Positions 60,516 to 64,000 of a stretch of 64,000 bases of DNA are shown here, piece by piece. The notes under the pieces are model-generated. The model was not told the origin of the DNA. It saw only the letters and a list, made by a program, of their open reading frames with translations, and did not search any database. The translations under genes were made by a program, and so were the position numbers. Source of the stretch: an uncultured delta proteobacterium. GTDB taxonomy: Bacteria > Myxococcota > Myxococcia > Myxococcales > 40CM-4-68-19. How positions within the stretch are numbered: the stretch's first letter is position 1; every line of letters begins with the position of its first letter. The stretch is taken from NCBI GenBank assembly GCA_903911145.1, contig CAIWCD010000013.1, positions 186,001 to 250,000 of the forward strand. Reading direction: 5' to 3'.

Positions 60516-61352
60516 TCACATGTCGCGGGCGTACCTCGCCGCGCGAGCCTCCAGCGCGGCGAATCGGTCGGCGTCGAGATACCGGTCGCCGAGCTTTCGA
60601 TCAGGCTGGACGCGGGGGCCGTGGAAGTCGCTGCCTCCAGTGATGAGCATCCCGAGAGCACCGGCCCAGCGCTCGTAGGCCGCAACCTGGCTCGGCACAT
60701 GCTCCGGATGGTTCGCCTCGACCGCATCCAGCGCGGCCTCGGAGAGCGTCTTGAGCTCCTGCTGCGAGACACGATTGGCACCCGGATGCGCGAGGCTCGC
60801 GGTGCCGCCCGCGCGATGGACCAGCGCGATCGCCGCGGCCGCGCTCATCTTGCGCCGCTCGACATGCAGCGGGCGATCGTCAGCGAGCCAGCGCGAGAAC
60901 GCCTCCTTCATGCTCGAGGCGTAGCCTTTGGCGACCAACACGTGGGCCAGATGCGGGCGGCCGAGATTGTCTCCACCGCTCTGCGCGATCACCTCGTCGA
61001 GCGAGATCTTCAATCCCTCGGCCTGCGCCTTGGCCACCATCCGCTCCATCCGCTCACGCCGTTCATCGAGCAGACCTTGCGACAACTCGAGCAGCGCTGC
61101 GGATTCCGGGTCGAGCAAGTGCCCGAGGATGTGCACCTCGCGCCCATGAAAATCCGCAGAGAGTTCGATGCCCGGAACGAGCCGCAAACCCACGCCCAGT
61201 GCGGCCGCGCGCGCTTCCGCGATTCCGCTCACGGTGTCGTGATCGGTGACCGCGAGGACGCCGATGCCCGCCGCGGCCGCGAGCGCGAGCAGCTCCTGCG
61301 AGGTGTATTGGCCATCGCTGTGTCGGGTGTGCGAGTGGAGATCGATGAGCAC
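60516..61352 (-). CDS. PHP-domain phosphoesterase (YciV/TrpH-like)
   Basis: DLHSHT..SDG, TDHDT, GIELS, HILG, GRPH, AHP and GGSDFHG motifs. Confidence 0.93.
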   Translation of the reverse strand: MLIDLHSHTRHSDGQYTSQELLALAAAAGIGVLAVTDHDTVSGIAEARAAALGVGLRLVPGIELSADFHGREVHILGHLLDPESAALLELSQGLLDERRERMERMVAKAQAEGLKISLDEVIAQSGGDNLGRPHLAHVLVAKGYASSMKEAFSRWLADDRPLHVERRKMSAAAAIALVHRAGGTASLAHPGANRVSQQELKTLSEAALDAVEANHPEHVPSQVAAYERWAGALGMLITGGSDFHGPRVQPDRKLGDRYLDADRFAALEARAARYARDM

Positions 61353-61417
61353 GGTTGTCCTCTGGTTTGCAGAGTGTGCGGTTGACGGGCCGAAAGAGCG
61401 AGCGTTATGTCGCAGGC

Positions 61418-61882
61418 ATGCAGCACGTCCTCCAGATCAGCCGCAAGATCGATTACGCCCTGCGCGCGCTGATCTATCTGGCCACGCTTCCCGAGTCGCA
61501 GGTCTCGACGATGCAGGACATCGCCGAGGCGCTCGATCTGCCGCGGGAGTTCCTCGCCAAGATCCTCAAGGCGCTGAGTGCGCGCGGGCTTGTTCGCGCA
61601 CTGCGCGGCGCTCGCGGCGGTTACCAGTTGGCGAAGCAACCGCGAGACATCTCGTTTCTCGACGCGATCGAGGCGGCGGGAGGGCCCGTGCAGATCAACG
61701 TCTGCCTCGACCACAAAGATCGCTGCGACGTCAGTGCCAACTGCTCGATGTACAGCGTCTGGAAGGCCGGGCAGGACAAGATGCTCGAGGTCTATCGCAA
61801 CACGACGCTCTCGGAGTTGGCTCTGCCCGCGCACGCCAAGCAGGCGCTGGTGCCGATGCGGTTGGTCCGGCGCAGCAGTTAG
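61418..61882 (+). CDS. Rrf2-family transcriptional regulator with three Fe-S-type cysteines
   Basis: YALRALIYLA, FLAKILKAL, RGARGGYQLA, C-x6-C-x5-C; Tyr at the position of the IscR His ligand. Confidence 0.92.
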   Translation: MQHVLQISRKIDYALRALIYLATLPESQVSTMQDIAEALDLPREFLAKILKALSARGLVRALRGARGGYQLAKQPRDISFLDAIEAAGGPVQINVCLDHKDRCDVSANCSMYSVWKAGQDKMLEVYRNTTLSELALPAHAKQALVPMRLVRRSS

Positions 61883-61905
61883 ACCGTTGACGTCCGTTCC
61901 GGAAG

Positions 61906-62349
61906 CTACTTCTTTCCGCCGTGGATGTGCGGCTTGCGCGTCCACGCAATCAGCGCCAGACGCAGGCTCTGCCGATGGGCCGGCCACTCGAGCAGCGCGT
62001 CGGCTTCGTCGCTGCGGACCCAGCGGAAAGCGATGTGCTCGTCCGAGATGGTCGGCTCCGCACCAGCCTCGGCGCGCAGCAGGAACGCGTGCTCGCGCAT
62101 GGGCCCACGGCGCGCATCTTCGTAGCCGTGCGCGAAATTCAGGCTCGACAGCGGGCCCGTGATCTTCGTCTCCTCGTGCGCCTCGCGCAGTGCCGAAGCC
62201 TCAGGCGTCTCGCCTCCATCGGCCTTGCCCGTCACTGGATGCAGGCCACCGCCGCGCTTCTTCGGCCGCTCAAGCAGCAGCACCTCGGGGCCCAGCGCCG
62301 ACGGGCGAACGATCCAGACCAGCGCCTTCTCGCGGGGAGATCTATGCAT
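61906..62349 (-). CDS. NUDIX hydrolase (NudB-like)
   Basis: VTGKADGGETPEASALREAHEET Nudix box, EHAF, SDEHIAFRW. Confidence 0.85.
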   Translation of the reverse strand: MHRSPREKALVWIVRPSALGPEVLLLERPKKRGGGLHPVTGKADGGETPEASALREAHEETKITGPLSSLNFAHGYEDARRGPMREHAFLLRAEAGAEPTISDEHIAFRWVRSDEADALLEWPAHRQSLRLALIAWTRKPHIHGGKK

Positions 62350-62440
62350 GGCGGCAGAATATCCTGCGTGGTACAGGTGCGCCGTTTTTCGCGTCGGGAC
62401 GTCTTGAACTGGCGCGCATTCTGGGGGAGTGCGAGGGCGC

Positions 62441-63730
62441 ATGGACAAGCTTCCCGTCGATCTCGAATCAGGTGACCCGCGTCGCGGGCTCGCCAGCATG
62501 GCACGCGGACTCGTCGGCTCCGAGATCCTCAAGATCGCCGCTGAGATTCGCGCCAAGCAGGCTGCGGGCGCGACGATCTGCAACCTGACGGTCGGCGACT
62601 TCTCCTCGAAGGAGTTCCCGATCCCAAAAGCGCTTCTCGATGGAACCGTGCGCGCTCTGCAGGCGGGCGAGACGAACTATCCGCCGTCCGATGGCGTGCT
62701 GAAGCTGCGAGAGGCCGTGCGCGACGACTTCCGCACGCGACTGCACATCGACGTGCCGGTCGAGTCGGTGGTGATCGCGGGAGGCTCGCGTCCCATCATC
62801 TACGCGGCCTACACGGCGCTGATCGAACCGGGCGATGTCGTCGTCTATCCGGTGCCGAGCTGGAACAACAATCACTACGTCCATCTCTCCGGCGCGCGCG
62901 GGATCGCGGTGCCCTGCTCCGCTGAGGATGGCTTCCTGCCCACGGCCCGCCTGCTCGAGCCGCACATCAAGGAAGCGCGCCTGCTCGCGCTCTGCACGCC
63001 CCTCAATCCGGCGGGCACAGTGCTCGCGCCAGAAGAGGTCAAGAGGATCGGCGAGATGCTCGTCGCGGAGAACAAGCGTCGAGAGCCGCTCGGGCAGAAG
63101 CCGCTCTACCTGCTCTACGATCAGGTCTACTGGCAGATCACGTTCGGCAACGCGCAGCACACGACGCCCGTGGCGCTCGTTCCCGAGTGCGCGCCCTATG
63201 TGATCTTCGTCGACGGCATCTCCAAGGCGTTCGCCTCGACGGGAGTACGCGTCGGTTGGGGCGTCGGCCCGCGCGCGGTGATCGGCGCGATGCGCGACAT
63301 CCTCGGTCACGTCGGCGCCTGGGCCCCCCGCGCAGAGCAGGTCGCGACCGCCGAACTCCTGCGCGACTCGGGCGAGCGCCAGCGTTACTCGGCCTGGCTG
63401 CTCGACGGCCTGCAGGCGCGGCTCAACAAGCTCTACAACGGATTCACCGCGATGGCCGCCGCGGGCCTCCCCGTGCGCGCGATCGCTCCGCAAGGCGCGA
63501 TCTATCTCTCCGTGCAGGTCTCGCTGATCGGCAAGAAGGGCATGCTGACGAACGATGCCATCCGCCGATATCTCCTCGACGAGGCGGGCTTTGGCGTGGT
63601 GCCGTTCCAGGCCTTCGGGCTGCAGGGCGAGACCGGCTGGTTCCGCTTGAGCGTCGGCGCGGTGAGCGAGAAGGAGATCGAGCAGGCTCTTCCGCGCGTC
63701 GAGGCTGCGCTGCGCCGGGCGCTCGAGTAA
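62441..63730 (+). CDS. Class I/II PLP aminotransferase (aspartate aminotransferase-like)
   Basis: NLTVGD, YPPSDG, PLNPAG, YDQVY, DGISKAFASTGVRVGW, FRLS. Confidence 0.93.
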   Translation: MDKLPVDLESGDPRRGLASMARGLVGSEILKIAAEIRAKQAAGATICNLTVGDFSSKEFPIPKALLDGTVRALQAGETNYPPSDGVLKLREAVRDDFRTRLHIDVPVESVVIAGGSRPIIYAAYTALIEPGDVVVYPVPSWNNNHYVHLSGARGIAVPCSAEDGFLPTARLLEPHIKEARLLALCTPLNPAGTVLAPEEVKRIGEMLVAENKRREPLGQKPLYLLYDQVYWQITFGNAQHTTPVALVPECAPYVIFVDGISKAFASTGVRVGWGVGPRAVIGAMRDILGHVGAWAPRAEQVATAELLRDSGERQRYSAWLLDGLQARLNKLYNGFTAMAAAGLPVRAIAPQGAIYLSVQVSLIGKKGMLTNDAIRRYLLDEAGFGVVPFQAFGLQGETGWFRLSVGAVSEKEIEQALPRVEAALRRALE

Positions 63731-63746
63731 TCCAGCGCTGGCGAAT

Positions 63747-63821
63747 CGAATATTCGCTTCACCGAATATTCGCATCTACGAATATTCAACGCGGGATATC
63801 ACCGTCGATCGGGATATCCCG
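63747..63821. repeat. Array of short ATAT-centred palindromes
   Basis: CGAATATTC(G) at 63747, 63763 and 63779 (16-bp period), then GGGATATC at 63793 and CGGGATATCCCG at 63810. Confidence 0.75.
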
Positions 63822-63834
63822 CGCGCTCGAGCGA

Positions 63835-63999
63835 CTATCCGCTGCAGGTGCTCAGCGTTCCGATCGAGCAGAACTGCGTCGGGGTCAGCGAGCAGGCCGG
63901 CGCGCCGAACGTGCCGCTGAGATGGCCGCTGGCACCGAAGTGCACATCGTAGCTCCCGCTGATCACACCGCCGCTGATCGACGTCACGCTGATGGTGCC
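63835..63999 (-). CDS. C-terminal fragment of a probable exported protein (5' end outside the window)
   Basis: Hand translation ...GTISVTSISGGVISGSYDVHFGASGHLSGTFGAPACSLTPTQFCSIGTLSTCSG*, with host-like codon usage. Confidence 0.7.
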   Translation of the reverse strand, partial: GTISVTSISGGVISGSYDVHFGASGHLSGTFGAPACSLTPTQFCSIGTLSTCSG

Positions 64000-64000
64000 G

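Noticed and set aside
61418..61882. Naming the Rrf2 regulator iscR or nsrR
   Set aside because: No isc/suf or NO-detoxification genes are adjacent and the IscR His ligand is missing, so the subfamily cannot be assigned by eye.
63747..63821. Possible CRISPR array
   Set aside because: Repeats of 9-10 bp with 6-7-bp gaps are far too short, and there are no cas genes.

Overview
High-GC bacterial chromosomal segment, very likely Myxococcota (tgl-type pilotin, Myxococcus-type LexA box, FYDLN-acid protein, many Cys-rich lipoproteins). About 54 protein-coding genes are supported. I could not support any rRNA, tRNA, CRISPR array, integrase or transposase. Housekeeping genes include gmd, fcl, phoH, mazG, rpsT, lptE, leuS, xth, lexA, purA and a MacAB-like exporter. 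The most notable observations are: (1) a tandem array of three Cys-rich metzincin lipoproteins, two of them each followed by a paralogous secreted HEAT-like protein, a candidate protease plus dedicated-partner system; (2) a family of ~105-bp palindromic intergenic elements with a covarying central hairpin that sit just behind stop codons (lexA, rodZ-like, tgl, phoH); (3) a duplicated leuS 5' end and leader that forms a 38-codon ORF coupled to an apparently inserted GT-C-type membrane gene; (4) a tgl ORF with an internal lipoprotein signal fused behind a cytoplasmic-looking domain; (5) a DnaA-box-like cluster between mazG and rpsT. All functional calls come from motifs read by eye, and no database searches were run. 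Many start codons were moved downstream of the ORF-track starts.
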